Part shown: piece by piece, positions 1 to 8,224 of the stretch | Numbering within the stretch: position 1 is the first letter of the stretch | How the letters are laid out: the number at the start of each line of letters is the position of its first letter | Assembly: GCA_944390735.1 (NCBI GenBank) | Contig: CALXRL010000014.1 | Location: forward strand, 1,441-65,440 | Direction of reading: 5' to 3' | Source: an uncultured Victivallales bacterium | GTDB lineage: Bacteria; Verrucomicrobiota; Lentisphaeria; Victivallales; UBA1829 | Length of the DNA stretch: 64,000 nucleotides | The notes under the pieces: generated by a model | The model's database searches: none | The model's input: only the letters and a program-made list of their open reading frames with translations | Told to the model about the DNA's origin: nothing | Program-made: the position numbers and the translations under genes

Positions 1-933
1 CCAGATCACCGGGAGCCCGTTCGGTTCGAGATGGACCCTGTCAAAGAGTTCCTGAGCGAGGGAGTCGTCGGGAATTCCGAAGAGGAGGGCGAATCCGAGT
101 CCGCTTCCCTCCTGATAGCAGGCAGCCTCGCCCTTCCGGGGGCCGGTTCCGTGAATGAAATAAGCGGGGATTCCATCGGGGGAGTTCCGGAAGAAACGGG
201 TTCGGATGGTTTCGGCGAGAGAATCGGCTTTTTCCCGGTATTGAGAGGCGAGAGAGGCGTCGCGTCCGAGGGCGTCGAGAATGGAAGCGGCGTCACGATA
301 GGCTTTGACATAAAGGGAGTTGGTGCTGAGGGTCATGATCTGGAGAGCGTCGGGATATTCGGCGACGCATGATTTCCCTTCCGAGATTTCGGCATAGGGA
401 AGGGGGAGGGCGCCGATGCTGTCAAGAAAGAACCCCGGGCCGCGGAAGAGTCCAAATTCCGGGAGGAAGTAGTGATCCTCCTGCCAGGCGAGGGTTTTGA
501 TGGAGACTCCGGCGGCGAGAGAGAGAAATTCCCGGTTCCGTGTAATGAGCCAGTGGTGATAAGCGGCGATGATCCAGAGATGTTTATCCCAGAACTGGAG
601 GTCGTCGAACGAACCGCCGCTGATGCTTCCGTTGACCATGCCGTCTGCGAGGAGGGCGCAGAGGGTGTTTTCCGTGATGTCGGGAGCGAGGAAACTTCCG
701 GCAGCGAAGGAGTTGTATGAACCGTCGCGGGTCCAGACATCGCTGTATTCTCCGCCTGCGACGAAGAGGGCTTTCCCATTTCGCTTCACGCAGTTGATGT
801 TGAACATGACATGAAGAGCTTCCTGGTAGGCGTTTCGGAGGAGGTCTGTGATCTCCCGGTTGCTGCCGTCAAGGGACGGCAGGTGGATTGTCTCCTGTTT
901 CAAATAGAAGGGGCGAAGATGCAAGGTTCTCAT
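1..933 (-). CDS. Six-hairpin (alpha/alpha)6 glycoside hydrolase, GDE_C/GH63/trehalase-like; C-terminus lies outside the window
   Basis: Absent from the ORF track because there is no stop in the window. Manual translation of the minus strand from ATG 933-931 gives an uninterrupted 311 codons to position 1: MRTLHLRPFYLKQETIHLPSLDG...GGEYSDVWTRDGSYNSFAAG...DDLQFWDKHLWIIAAYHHWLITRN...PVIW. The WTRDG-type motif and helical-repeat character fit toroid glycosidases. Confidence 0.7.
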   Translation of the reverse strand, partial: MRTLHLRPFYLKQETIHLPSLDGSNREITDLLRNAYQEALHVMFNINCVKRNGKALFVAGGEYSDVWTRDGSYNSFAAGSFLAPDITENTLCALLADGMVNGSISGGSFDDLQFWDKHLWIIAAYHHWLITRNREFLSLAAGVSIKTLAWQEDHYFLPEFGLFRGPGFFLDSIGALPLPYAEISEGKSCVAEYPDALQIMTLSTNSLYVKAYRDAASILDALGRDASLASQYREKADSLAETIRTRFFRNSPDGIPAYFIHGTGPRKGEAACYQEGSGLGFALLFGIPDDSLAQELFDRVHLEPNGLPVIW

Positions 934-948
934 TTTTCTCTCCATTGA

Positions 949-1557
949 TTACCGGATCTCTTCAATCAGAAGATTCTTCAGGAATATTTTCCCGGTGGCC
1001 TTTCCTTCGATTCCGAGCATCAGAAGATATGCGGCTTTTGCATCGACTGGAACCGCATAAGTGAACGACACCTTTTTCCAGTCGAACGTCCCTTTTCCGA
1101 CAAAAGCGGACGGCCATTGTACCTTCCCGGATTCCAGCGGCTGCATCAAACCGAACTTGATCGGATTGGAAAGAGTTCCGACAACATTCTCCGCTTTGAT
1201 TTCAGCGGAAAAACGGTATGTTTTCCCTCGCTTGAGATCGCGTCGCCAGCTTTTGAAGCATCCGTCTTTCAATTGATCTTTTTTTTCTTTTTCCAGGACC
1301 TTGTCGAAGAAAAGACGGGTAATTGTTTTCGGGGCTGATTTTGTCGGCAGTCCGCTTTTTCGTCCTTCCACACAATCCGCCTTTTCTTGAAGAACTTTGA
1401 CTTTTTCCTCAAGAAGCGTATTTTCTTTTTTCAGCAGAATATTCTTTCTTTCCTGTTCAGCGACCTTTTGTTTCAAGTGTAGATTTTCCTCCAGCACTCC
1501 TGCGGAAGCTGTCAGCATCATCAGAAGAATGGCGGCAAAGAGATGGGGTGTTTTCAT
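949..1557 (-). CDS. Secreted coiled-coil protein with C-terminal beta-sandwich (CBM-like) domain, function unknown
   Basis: Internal start of track ORF 949..1797; ATG at 1557-1555 gives MKTPHLFAAILLMMLTASAG (signal peptide). A heptad-like EENLHLKQKVAEQERKNILLKKENTLLEEKVKVLQEK follows, then a beta-rich C-terminus. The upstream 80 codons overlap the neighbouring gene. Confidence 0.6.
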   Translation of the reverse strand: MKTPHLFAAILLMMLTASAGVLEENLHLKQKVAEQERKNILLKKENTLLEEKVKVLQEKADCVEGRKSGLPTKSAPKTITRLFFDKVLEKEKKDQLKDGCFKSWRRDLKRGKTYRFSAEIKAENVVGTLSNPIKFGLMQPLESGKVQWPSAFVGKGTFDWKKVSFTYAVPVDAKAAYLLMLGIEGKATGKIFLKNLLIEEIR

Positions 1558-1568
1558 AAGAACTCCTT

Positions 1569-2423
1569 TCAATTGAAGTGGTAGTGGGGAATTTCCGCAA
1601 AGCCCGGTTTGAGAGCGAATCCGCGTCTTGAGGGAAGATTGATTACCCTCTTCTTTTCTCCGCAGGAAAATGTATAGCTGCCCGGATACGGCAAATGGAA
1701 CCATGCTTTTCCGTTGGGATCGGCTTTCACAGAATAAGACCGCCCGACCGGGGAATCCGAACGGACAATTGCAAACGGTTCCGTATGGATGATGCACTCG
1801 GCATCGCTTCCGGAACGCAGAGGCAGCTGTTTGCGAAGAAGTTTCCGATAGGTGTCATTTATTTGATTTCGGACATGGCTGGGACGCGATGAATCAAAAT
1901 AATTGATGGAATGCATTCCAAACTGTGTCAGATGCGCGTAATGAGCAATCGGTTTGTACCCTCTGCCGGAAAGAGCAGGCCATGGAATCCGGAGCCAGGG
2001 CCAGTTTCCGAACGGAACCCCGGGAGGAGTCCGGGAGGGATCCTGCCGGGCTTTTTCATTCTGTTCCGCCGTAACACCCCATGGATTTCCCGTTCCGGTG
2101 GAGTCGGTCCGGGTAAAGCCGTCAAGAGAAAGCCCCATGTAAATGACGGCAGGAATCTCCTCCTGTTTGTACAAAGGCAGAATTTCCTCCAGGGTTCTGA
2201 CTCTTTTTGCAATTGCGGAGGGAGTGGGAGCATTGCCTCCATGCCATGCGCAGTAAAGCGTTTCACCGTAAATAACCGGACGATATTCAAACGCGTTCGG
2301 CCAGTTTACCACCCACTGATCCCGGTTGTATTCCGGATAGTGATAATTTGCAACTTGAGGAAGAGGTTTTTCCACATATCGCTGAAAACGATTCCATGAG
2401 GCTCTCGCACCATTCCTTGTCAC
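1569..2423 (-). CDS. Probable C-terminal part of the upstream GH2-like hydrolase (carries the predicted nucleophile region), separated by a 1-nt frame change
   Basis: Track ORF with a GTG start 2 nt after the stop of 2426..4891. It contains RPVIYGETLYCAWHGG. That Glu lies 91 residues after the NE acid/base of the upstream ORF if the frames are joined at the A5 run 2449-2453. No signal peptide or RBS of its own. Confidence 0.6.
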   Translation of the reverse strand: MTRNGARASWNRFQRYVEKPLPQVANYHYPEYNRDQWVVNWPNAFEYRPVIYGETLYCAWHGGNAPTPSAIAKRVRTLEEILPLYKQEEIPAVIYMGLSLDGFTRTDSTGTGNPWGVTAEQNEKARQDPSRTPPGVPFGNWPWLRIPWPALSGRGYKPIAHYAHLTQFGMHSINYFDSSRPSHVRNQINDTYRKLLRKQLPLRSGSDAECIIHTEPFAIVRSDSPVGRSYSVKADPNGKAWFHLPYPGSYTFSCGEKKRVINLPSRRGFALKPGFAEIPHYHFN

Positions 2424-2425
2424 AA

Positions 2426-4891
2426 TCAGATCCGGATCCAGGGAGCGGAAAAATGCTCGTATTTTACTGCAATTCGCTCATTCCGTTCATTGAGGGACGC
2501 CCGTTCGGCGGAGTCGCTCGCCTGCGTCACGATCTCATTGTCGGTGGACCAGATTACGACGGACGGATGGTTGCGGAACAGCCGGAAAAATCGTTTGTAA
2601 TTCTCCAGATTCCAACGATGTTCCTTTGTGGATTCCCATTGCTCCACAGGAGTCCGGTCCTTTTTATCTCCATTTTTGTAGATGCAAGGATACATTTGAA
2701 CATAACTGAGCATTCCTGTCCGGTCATGCTGGATGATCGCATCCTCGCCGCTGTCGCCATCATGCGTTCGAATGATATTGATATTGTCCCGACGGAGAAG
2801 ATCAATTAGAACTTCATTCTTTTTGAGAATTCGGGAACTTGCGCCAACATCCCCCTGAAGGAATATGCGTTTTCCGTTCAGGTAAAAATCGGTTGCCGCA
2901 ATCCAGAATTCACGGAATCCGAATGTCTGAAAATGGCGATCCGTCAATTTCCCGTTGCAATAGATGTCGCTGACAAGTTCATACAGATCCGGATTCCCGT
3001 ATTTTCCACCGATGCCCCACAGTTTCGGGTCCGCCCATTTCGACCGGTTTTGAACCAGTTTCTTTTCTCCGGCTTTCAGGCGGATTTTCCGGACAGGAAG
3101 AGACAGACGGATCCGTCCGTTTTCCACGACATACTGACGAAGTTCAATCTCCCTGTTCATGGAAGAGTTGTTTTCTAGTTCCGTCTCCGTGCTTAATTCC
3201 GCTTTTCTCCAGGATGTTTTTACATAAAGATCGGCCACTCGGACAGGGTTGCTGTATTCCAGATAAAGTCCTCCGGAAATTCCATACGTCGTCCTCGCGG
3301 GGAAATACGGATTCCATTTTAGTTGCAGCGTCAGAATGTTTTTCCCCTTTTTCAGATTTTTCAAGGGAATCTCCACCCAGCCGATGTTCCCGGAGTAAGA
3401 TCCGCACTCTTTTCCATTGCAGAAGACTTTCAGATCGCCGAAAACTTCATCGCAGCGGAAAACAATCCATTCCTCCTGTCCGGATGCGGGGAATTCCGTC
3501 TGATAAGCAACAGCCTCCTCACTCCAGAGGAAATCCGGGAAGGAATCTTTTTCATAGCCGGGATTGACTTTTACAGTTTTGTCCTTTGCAAGATGAAACG
3601 GCCAGTACCAGCGTTTGAAATATGGTGATGGCGAACGAAAAGCCGGAAGAAGATGCAGAACGGATTTCCCGTCTTTTCCCGTCGCAGTCCAGATTCCGTT
3701 CAGACAGAGTGTGGTCCGCTGTGTGACGGTTTTCTCCAATGGAAGATCGGTTGAGGATGGCGCATGTGCCGCGGCAAGATCATGTTCCTCCTGATAACGT
3801 TTTTCCTGCCCGGTGTACGCTTTTTTCAGTCGCTCCCGCACTTTCCGGAGCGAAGAGGAGAGATTTTTACGCATCTGGAGCAGCTTTTCCGGTTCTTCCT
3901 GAAGAATTTGCAGTTTTTTCCCGAGACGGCGGTTTTCTTCCTGAAGTTTTTCTTTTGAATAAACAATCTCCTCCTTTGAAAATTCCGCAACAAGCTGATT
4001 CTTTTTCCTCACCTGAAGCAGAAAGGAACGATTCCCGGCAGTAAGATTGATTGGAACAGAAAATTTTCTCCCGGGGAACGTTTTTCCTTCTACAGAGCAG
4101 GAAAGCTCTGCGGCATCCGGGGCAAAAATTTCACAGTACAGGAGATTGGCTCCATCGAAAAGAGGATATTTTTCAAAAGAGATTTTTGCAGAAATTCCGT
4201 TGTCATAAAGCTCCGCGCCATATTTTCTTGCGGGATTGTCCAGCAGAATTTTCACATTTTTCAATGGCTTGTCCGAAGGATCGCTCAATGCCAGACAAAA
4301 ACCAAAACCACCTGTCCGGTCCACGATTTTGAGAAGCAGGCGGTTCAGACCGCGTTTTAATTCCGCCGGATAGATAAAGTTGTTCGGCACCACGCCCTGT
4401 GAACCGTAATGTCTTGCGATTTCTCTGCCGTTGAGAAAAATTTTATGGTCATCATCGGATCCGGTCCGGATTTTTATTTTCTGACTCGAGGGCGATAGAA
4501 GATAACAAAAGGCATAAACAGCGAAATGGTCATCAATGGGAAGATATTTCCGGTCCAGGGAGATGATGGGCGATGGAAACGTTTCCGCTTTCCATGTCGC
4601 GTCATATTCTGTATTTTTACGGAACCCCCACTCATTGGTCATATCCACCTTTGCCACCAGTTTGGACCAGTCTGCAAGAAAGACGCTTTTCATTTTCAAT
4701 CCGGGGTTCGGCGCGGCTTTGCCTTCTCCCCCGAGAAAATCCGTGTCCAGAGCCTGACCTGAACCGTTTTTCTGATAGCTCGGGTAGGGACCGCTGGTCA
4801 GCCAGTCAAGAATAAATCCGTTCTGATCCAGCTGAGCAGCCGGAGAGAGAATCGCTGTTATCAGGAAAACAAAAAATAAGAGATGACGCAT
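2426..4891 (-). CDS. Secreted glycoside hydrolase family 2-like protein (N-terminal jelly-rolls, internal coiled coil, truncated TIM barrel)
   Basis: 821 aa with signal peptide MRHLLFFVFLITAILSPAAQ. Two xFxNGxxxG sugar-binding-type jelly rolls (KIFLNGREIARHYG, KVFCNGKECGSYSG). TIM-barrel motifs IIRTHDGD and NHPSVVIWSTDNE (GH2 acid/base NE). The ORF stops 35 aa after NE, before any nucleophile. Confidence 0.75.
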   Translation of the reverse strand: MRHLLFFVFLITAILSPAAQLDQNGFILDWLTSGPYPSYQKNGSGQALDTDFLGGEGKAAPNPGLKMKSVFLADWSKLVAKVDMTNEWGFRKNTEYDATWKAETFPSPIISLDRKYLPIDDHFAVYAFCYLLSPSSQKIKIRTGSDDDHKIFLNGREIARHYGSQGVVPNNFIYPAELKRGLNRLLLKIVDRTGGFGFCLALSDPSDKPLKNVKILLDNPARKYGAELYDNGISAKISFEKYPLFDGANLLYCEIFAPDAAELSCSVEGKTFPGRKFSVPINLTAGNRSFLLQVRKKNQLVAEFSKEEIVYSKEKLQEENRRLGKKLQILQEEPEKLLQMRKNLSSSLRKVRERLKKAYTGQEKRYQEEHDLAAAHAPSSTDLPLEKTVTQRTTLCLNGIWTATGKDGKSVLHLLPAFRSPSPYFKRWYWPFHLAKDKTVKVNPGYEKDSFPDFLWSEEAVAYQTEFPASGQEEWIVFRCDEVFGDLKVFCNGKECGSYSGNIGWVEIPLKNLKKGKNILTLQLKWNPYFPARTTYGISGGLYLEYSNPVRVADLYVKTSWRKAELSTETELENNSSMNREIELRQYVVENGRIRLSLPVRKIRLKAGEKKLVQNRSKWADPKLWGIGGKYGNPDLYELVSDIYCNGKLTDRHFQTFGFREFWIAATDFYLNGKRIFLQGDVGASSRILKKNEVLIDLLRRDNINIIRTHDGDSGEDAIIQHDRTGMLSYVQMYPCIYKNGDKKDRTPVEQWESTKEHRWNLENYKRFFRLFRNHPSVVIWSTDNEIVTQASDSAERASLNERNERIAVKYEHFSAPWIRI

Positions 4892-4915
4892 TCGGTTTTC
4901 TTCCTTCTGTTTCTT

Positions 4916-5635
4916 TTAATTTCCATATTTGGGAGCTGCTTTGCTTTTGGGTTCAAACGATCCCGGATCGGAAAAAGAGGTGTCCGGGAGACGAAGAAAT
5001 TTCAGATGGCCGTCCGCAAATGTAACATTCGCATTGAAGGGATTGTGCCGGGCCGCAAATTTTGCGGATGAAGAGGCCGTTTCCGCGGAAGCATCCCATA
5101 AGGTCGGCAGAATCCAGTATCCGAATGCGCAGTCTGCAAACAGAACTTTGCTGGAGGGCGAAAAAATATTCCGGTAGGCGGCCGAACCGAATTTCATTCC
5201 GGAATCACTGGAGGAATCCCCCTGATCCCCTTTGACCAGACCATAGCGGCCGCGATAGCCGTCCGTATACAATTTTCCCGCCGGACAATGAAAAACGCCG
5301 AAGGAGCTCCATCCATTGTCATAGCCTCCGGTCGACGAGTTATATTTGTACTGGACGGGACGTGGAACGTATCTTGTTTCTATCAGCACAATATTCCATC
5401 CTCCATCATTAAAGTTGCCGGTCGCAGTCAGTCGATTGCGGACCATTCCTTGCTGATCGTCCAGATAACTTTGTGCGGCAAATGCGATCTGTTTCAGATT
5501 CCCTCCGCACTTGATCGAGATTGCTTTTTCCCGCGCCGAATTCAACGCGGGAAGGAGGATTCCAGCAAGAATCGCGATGATCGCAATGACAACCAGAAGT
5601 TCTATCATCGAGAAAAACGTCTGTTTACTTTTCAT
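4916..5635 (-). CDS. Prepilin-type N-terminal cleavage/methylation domain protein, DUF1559-like pseudopilin paralog
   Basis: [38 protein letters not shown] (class III signal, invariant Glu+5) and C-terminal ...NVTFADGHLKF (DGH motif). AGAGGA lies 11 nt upstream of the ATG at 5635. The track ORF starts 9 nt earlier. Confidence 0.85.
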   Translation of the reverse strand: MKSKQTFFSMIELLVVIAIIAILAGILLPALNSAREKAISIKCGGNLKQIAFAAQSYLDDQQGMVRNRLTATGNFNDGGWNIVLIETRYVPRPVQYKYNSSTGGYDNGWSSFGVFHCPAGKLYTDGYRGRYGLVKGDQGDSSSDSGMKFGSAAYRNIFSPSSKVLFADCAFGYWILPTLWDASAETASSSAKFAARHNPFNANVTFADGHLKFLRLPDTSFSDPGSFEPKSKAAPKYGN

Positions 5636-6995
5636 AAACCACATCCTCTTTGATTTGTTTTATCACGATGGAACGGCGGAACTCCGGCAGTTCGCACCAG
5701 CCGTCCCGGATGGATCCCGGAATTTTCCGATCCTCCCACGGAAGATAGCAGACACACTTCCCGTTCCCTTCCAGCGGGATTCTCTCTCCCCGAAGAACTT
5801 CCGCAGCATTCCCTTCGACCAGTTCGCTTTTCCAGTCGCTGCGCTTGTCCCGGCACCACATCAGCGTCTGATGTCGTCCCCGGAGCCCCAGGATCCGAAG
5901 GCTGTGCGTCTCCGTATGATACGGAACAAACGCCTCCTCCACGGGATCCACTCCGCTCACCGCTTCGGCAAAACGAGCAAAATGGAACAGAAGATGGTGT
6001 CTCTGAATATAAAGATGATCCCAGTGCCAGGGCTGTCCGCAGCCTGCACTGCCGGCAAAAAACGGAGCAAACAGCATGTCGTGAAGAAGCGTTCCCTCCT
6101 TGTCGAGCGCGTAAAGATCGGAATACCGGGCATGATTGGCTTCCACCGCCCCGCATTCCGCAAGAATGAGCGGACAATGGGCATTGCGGTCGTGAAGCTC
6201 CCGGATCGAATCGGCACAGAGAACATCCATCGCTCCCCGGCAGACATCCAGTTCCGCTCCCGGATCCAGATAGCGGTGCACCTGAAGAAATCCATTCCCG
6301 GAAAGACGAGCCAGAGGATCGTAGCACAGATACGCGGTCGCCCCGGAAAAACTCCCCAGATTCTGCACAATCATCTGATGAGGAAATATTCCGGAGAGTT
6401 TCTCAATCATATACTCACTCCACTGCTCCGTTTCTTTCCCGCCTCCGATGCAGTTGATCTCATTCCATAGCTCCCATGCGATCACCGCCTTCGATTCTCC
6501 GAATCCTGCATCCGCAAGTCGCTGCGCCTTCGCCAGATACAGCCTCCTGCACTCCGCGGAAGCCAGATACTCCCGCATGTTGGAAACCATTCCCTGATAG
6601 AGCGGTTTGTGAAAATCAACCACTCCGGGAAACCCTTCCGGATCATTGCCATCCCCGATGCGACGGAAATGTTCCAGCGTGAATTTGATCCGGATTCCAA
6701 GTTTCTCCGCCAGATCCACGACAAAGCGGATGTGCGACAGATTCTTTTCGCTGAACTCTCCCGCTCGTTCCGGCATGATGTCGAAAAACGGAACTCCCAG
6801 CCAGATCCGGATGAAGTTGCCGCCATTCTTTGCAAATTCCGTCATCCAGGAGCGGTAGATCCCGAGATTCTCCTCTTCCGTTCTGCGCTCGGAATCCCGG
6901 ATAAAACAGAGATTGAGGCCGATCGGCAGATAGGTGGACCCGTCCTCATTCTCAAAATACCGGGGTTCCCGCCGGCTCTGTTGAACAAATTTCAT
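5625..6995 (-). CDS. Glycoside hydrolase, GH5-like (beta/alpha)8 barrel
   Basis: 456 aa with NGGNFIRIWLG and AVIAWELWNEINC (GH5-type NE acid/base strand). First gene after a TTGCTT-17-TATAAT promoter. No obvious signal peptide. Confidence 0.6.
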   Translation of the reverse strand: MKFVQQSRREPRYFENEDGSTYLPIGLNLCFIRDSERRTEEENLGIYRSWMTEFAKNGGNFIRIWLGVPFFDIMPERAGEFSEKNLSHIRFVVDLAEKLGIRIKFTLEHFRRIGDGNDPEGFPGVVDFHKPLYQGMVSNMREYLASAECRRLYLAKAQRLADAGFGESKAVIAWELWNEINCIGGGKETEQWSEYMIEKLSGIFPHQMIVQNLGSFSGATAYLCYDPLARLSGNGFLQVHRYLDPGAELDVCRGAMDVLCADSIRELHDRNAHCPLILAECGAVEANHARYSDLYALDKEGTLLHDMLFAPFFAGSAGCGQPWHWDHLYIQRHHLLFHFARFAEAVSGVDPVEEAFVPYHTETHSLRILGLRGRHQTLMWCRDKRSDWKSELVEGNAAEVLRGERIPLEGNGKCVCYLPWEDRKIPGSIRDGWCELPEFRRSIVIKQIKEDVVYEK

Positions 6996-7045
6996 AGTTC
7001 TTCATTTTCCTTTCTCTTTTGTCTGTTGTTCGGCTTCCTGCTTTC

Positions 7046-7074
7046 ATTATACTCGTTTTTCCCGCGGGAAGCAA
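7046..7074 (-). promoter_or_regulatory. Sigma70-type promoter for the GH5-pseudopilin-GH2 operon
   Basis: Minus strand reads TTGCTT-cccgcgggaaaaacgag(17)-TATAAT, about 50 nt upstream of ATG 6995. Confidence 0.55.
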
Positions 7075-7094
7075 CAGGGGAAAATGGGGTTTCT

Positions 7095-7110
7095 ATGCAA
7101 AATTTTGCAT
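7095..7110. promoter_or_regulatory. Perfect 16-bp palindrome ATGCAAAATTTTGCAT, candidate LacI-family operator
   Basis: Read directly. It sits between the divergent GH5-operon and LacI promoters, and TGCAAAATTTTGCA resembles LacI/GalR-type pseudo-palindromes. Confidence 0.5.
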
Positions 7111-7118
7111 CAAAAAAG

Positions 7119-7147
7119 TTGAAAACCGTGCATTTCCGCTGTATTTT
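7119..7147 (+). promoter_or_regulatory. Candidate sigma70 promoter of the LacI regulator
   Basis: TTGAAA-accgtgcatttccgctg(17)-TATTTT, 22 nt upstream of ATG 7169. Confidence 0.45.
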
Positions 7148-7168
7148 CCCCTCCGACAACAGGAAGGA

Positions 7169-8191
7169 ATGAAAACGATGAAGCGAATCAATGGCCGGGA
7201 TGTTGCTCAAGCAGCATCCTGTTCGCAGGCAACGGTTTCACGGGTCATTCGATCCGATCCGCGCATCAGCCTGGAAACCAGAAAACGGGTGCTGGACGCC
7301 GCCCGCCGGCTCGGATACGACATGCGCAGCGCCTCCGGCTCCTGGGGCGTGGGGGTGATCGTCTGTCTCGATCCGAATGACATCAACGGCTATTACGCCA
7401 AGATCCTCGCTTCGGTCTGCCGGGAGATCTTCCGGCGCGGACTGCATCCCGAACTGATCTGGCAGCAGTCGCTTCAGGAAGGATGCACCCGCTCATTCCG
7501 GGGGATTCTCGACCTCTACCAGACCCCGGACCGCGAGCTGGGGGCTCTGTTTCAGGTTCCCGTGGTGCGAATCAATGGAAAAGCGGATCATCTGAATCAC
7601 ATCTGGTCCGTGAATTCGGACAGTGCGGCCGGAATTGCCGCCGCCGTCCGCCATCTGCTGCGCAACGGTCACCGCGACATCCGCTTTGTCTCGCTGGAAG
7701 GAATCTACAACGAGAAGAACAAGGTCACACGCCGCTGGGAGGGCTTTCTCCGAGCCATGCAGTCCGCCGGCATCCCTGATCCGGAAAAACGGGCCATCTT
7801 TTTTCACAATCAGATGCAGACGGATCAGAAAGAGCTGGAAAGCTCCATCCGCCGCGCCATCCGGGAAGGCTGCACGGCGCTGATCTGCGTCAATTCGGTC
7901 CATACGCTGAAGGTCAACGCCGCGCTGCACTCACTGCATCTGCGGGTGCCGGAGGATCTCTCCCTGATCGACTGGGAATATGACGGTGTCTCCGAATATC
8001 TGGATCCGCCCCGGACCACGGTCATCACGGATTATGCGAAACTCGCGTCCGAAGCCCTGGATCTTCTGACTGAAATCCTTACGGCGGATCATCTTCCTCC
8101 GAACCGGATCGTGCAGGCCAAACTCCTGATCCGCAAAAGCACCGCCCGCCGGACGGCGTCTGATGCGTCCACCTCCCGTACCCCCATGTGA
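7169..8191 (+). CDS. LacI-family transcriptional regulator
   Basis: MKTMKRINGRDVAQAASCSQATVSRVIRSDPRISLETRKRVLDAARRLGY (HTH_LacI) followed by a periplasmic-binding-fold C-terminus. This is an internal ATG of track ORF 7019..8191. Confidence 0.9.
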   Translation: MKTMKRINGRDVAQAASCSQATVSRVIRSDPRISLETRKRVLDAARRLGYDMRSASGSWGVGVIVCLDPNDINGYYAKILASVCREIFRRGLHPELIWQQSLQEGCTRSFRGILDLYQTPDRELGALFQVPVVRINGKADHLNHIWSVNSDSAAGIAAAVRHLLRNGHRDIRFVSLEGIYNEKNKVTRRWEGFLRAMQSAGIPDPEKRAIFFHNQMQTDQKELESSIRRAIREGCTALICVNSVHTLKVNAALHSLHLRVPEDLSLIDWEYDGVSEYLDPPRTTVITDYAKLASEALDLLTEILTADHLPPNRIVQAKLLIRKSTARRTASDASTSRTPM

Positions 8192-8224
8192 AAGGAGCCG
8201 TTCCGCTCCATGTCCGCCCCGGAA

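Noticed and set aside
6-814. Short ORFs in the first 800 nt (6..311 -, 31..372 +, 333..779 -, 472..720 +, 569..814 +)
   Set aside because: They are superseded by the uninterrupted minus-strand frame 933 to 1, which encodes a six-hairpin glycosidase-like protein. The listed ORFs are out-of-frame or antisense and low-complexity (S/P/T/G-rich).
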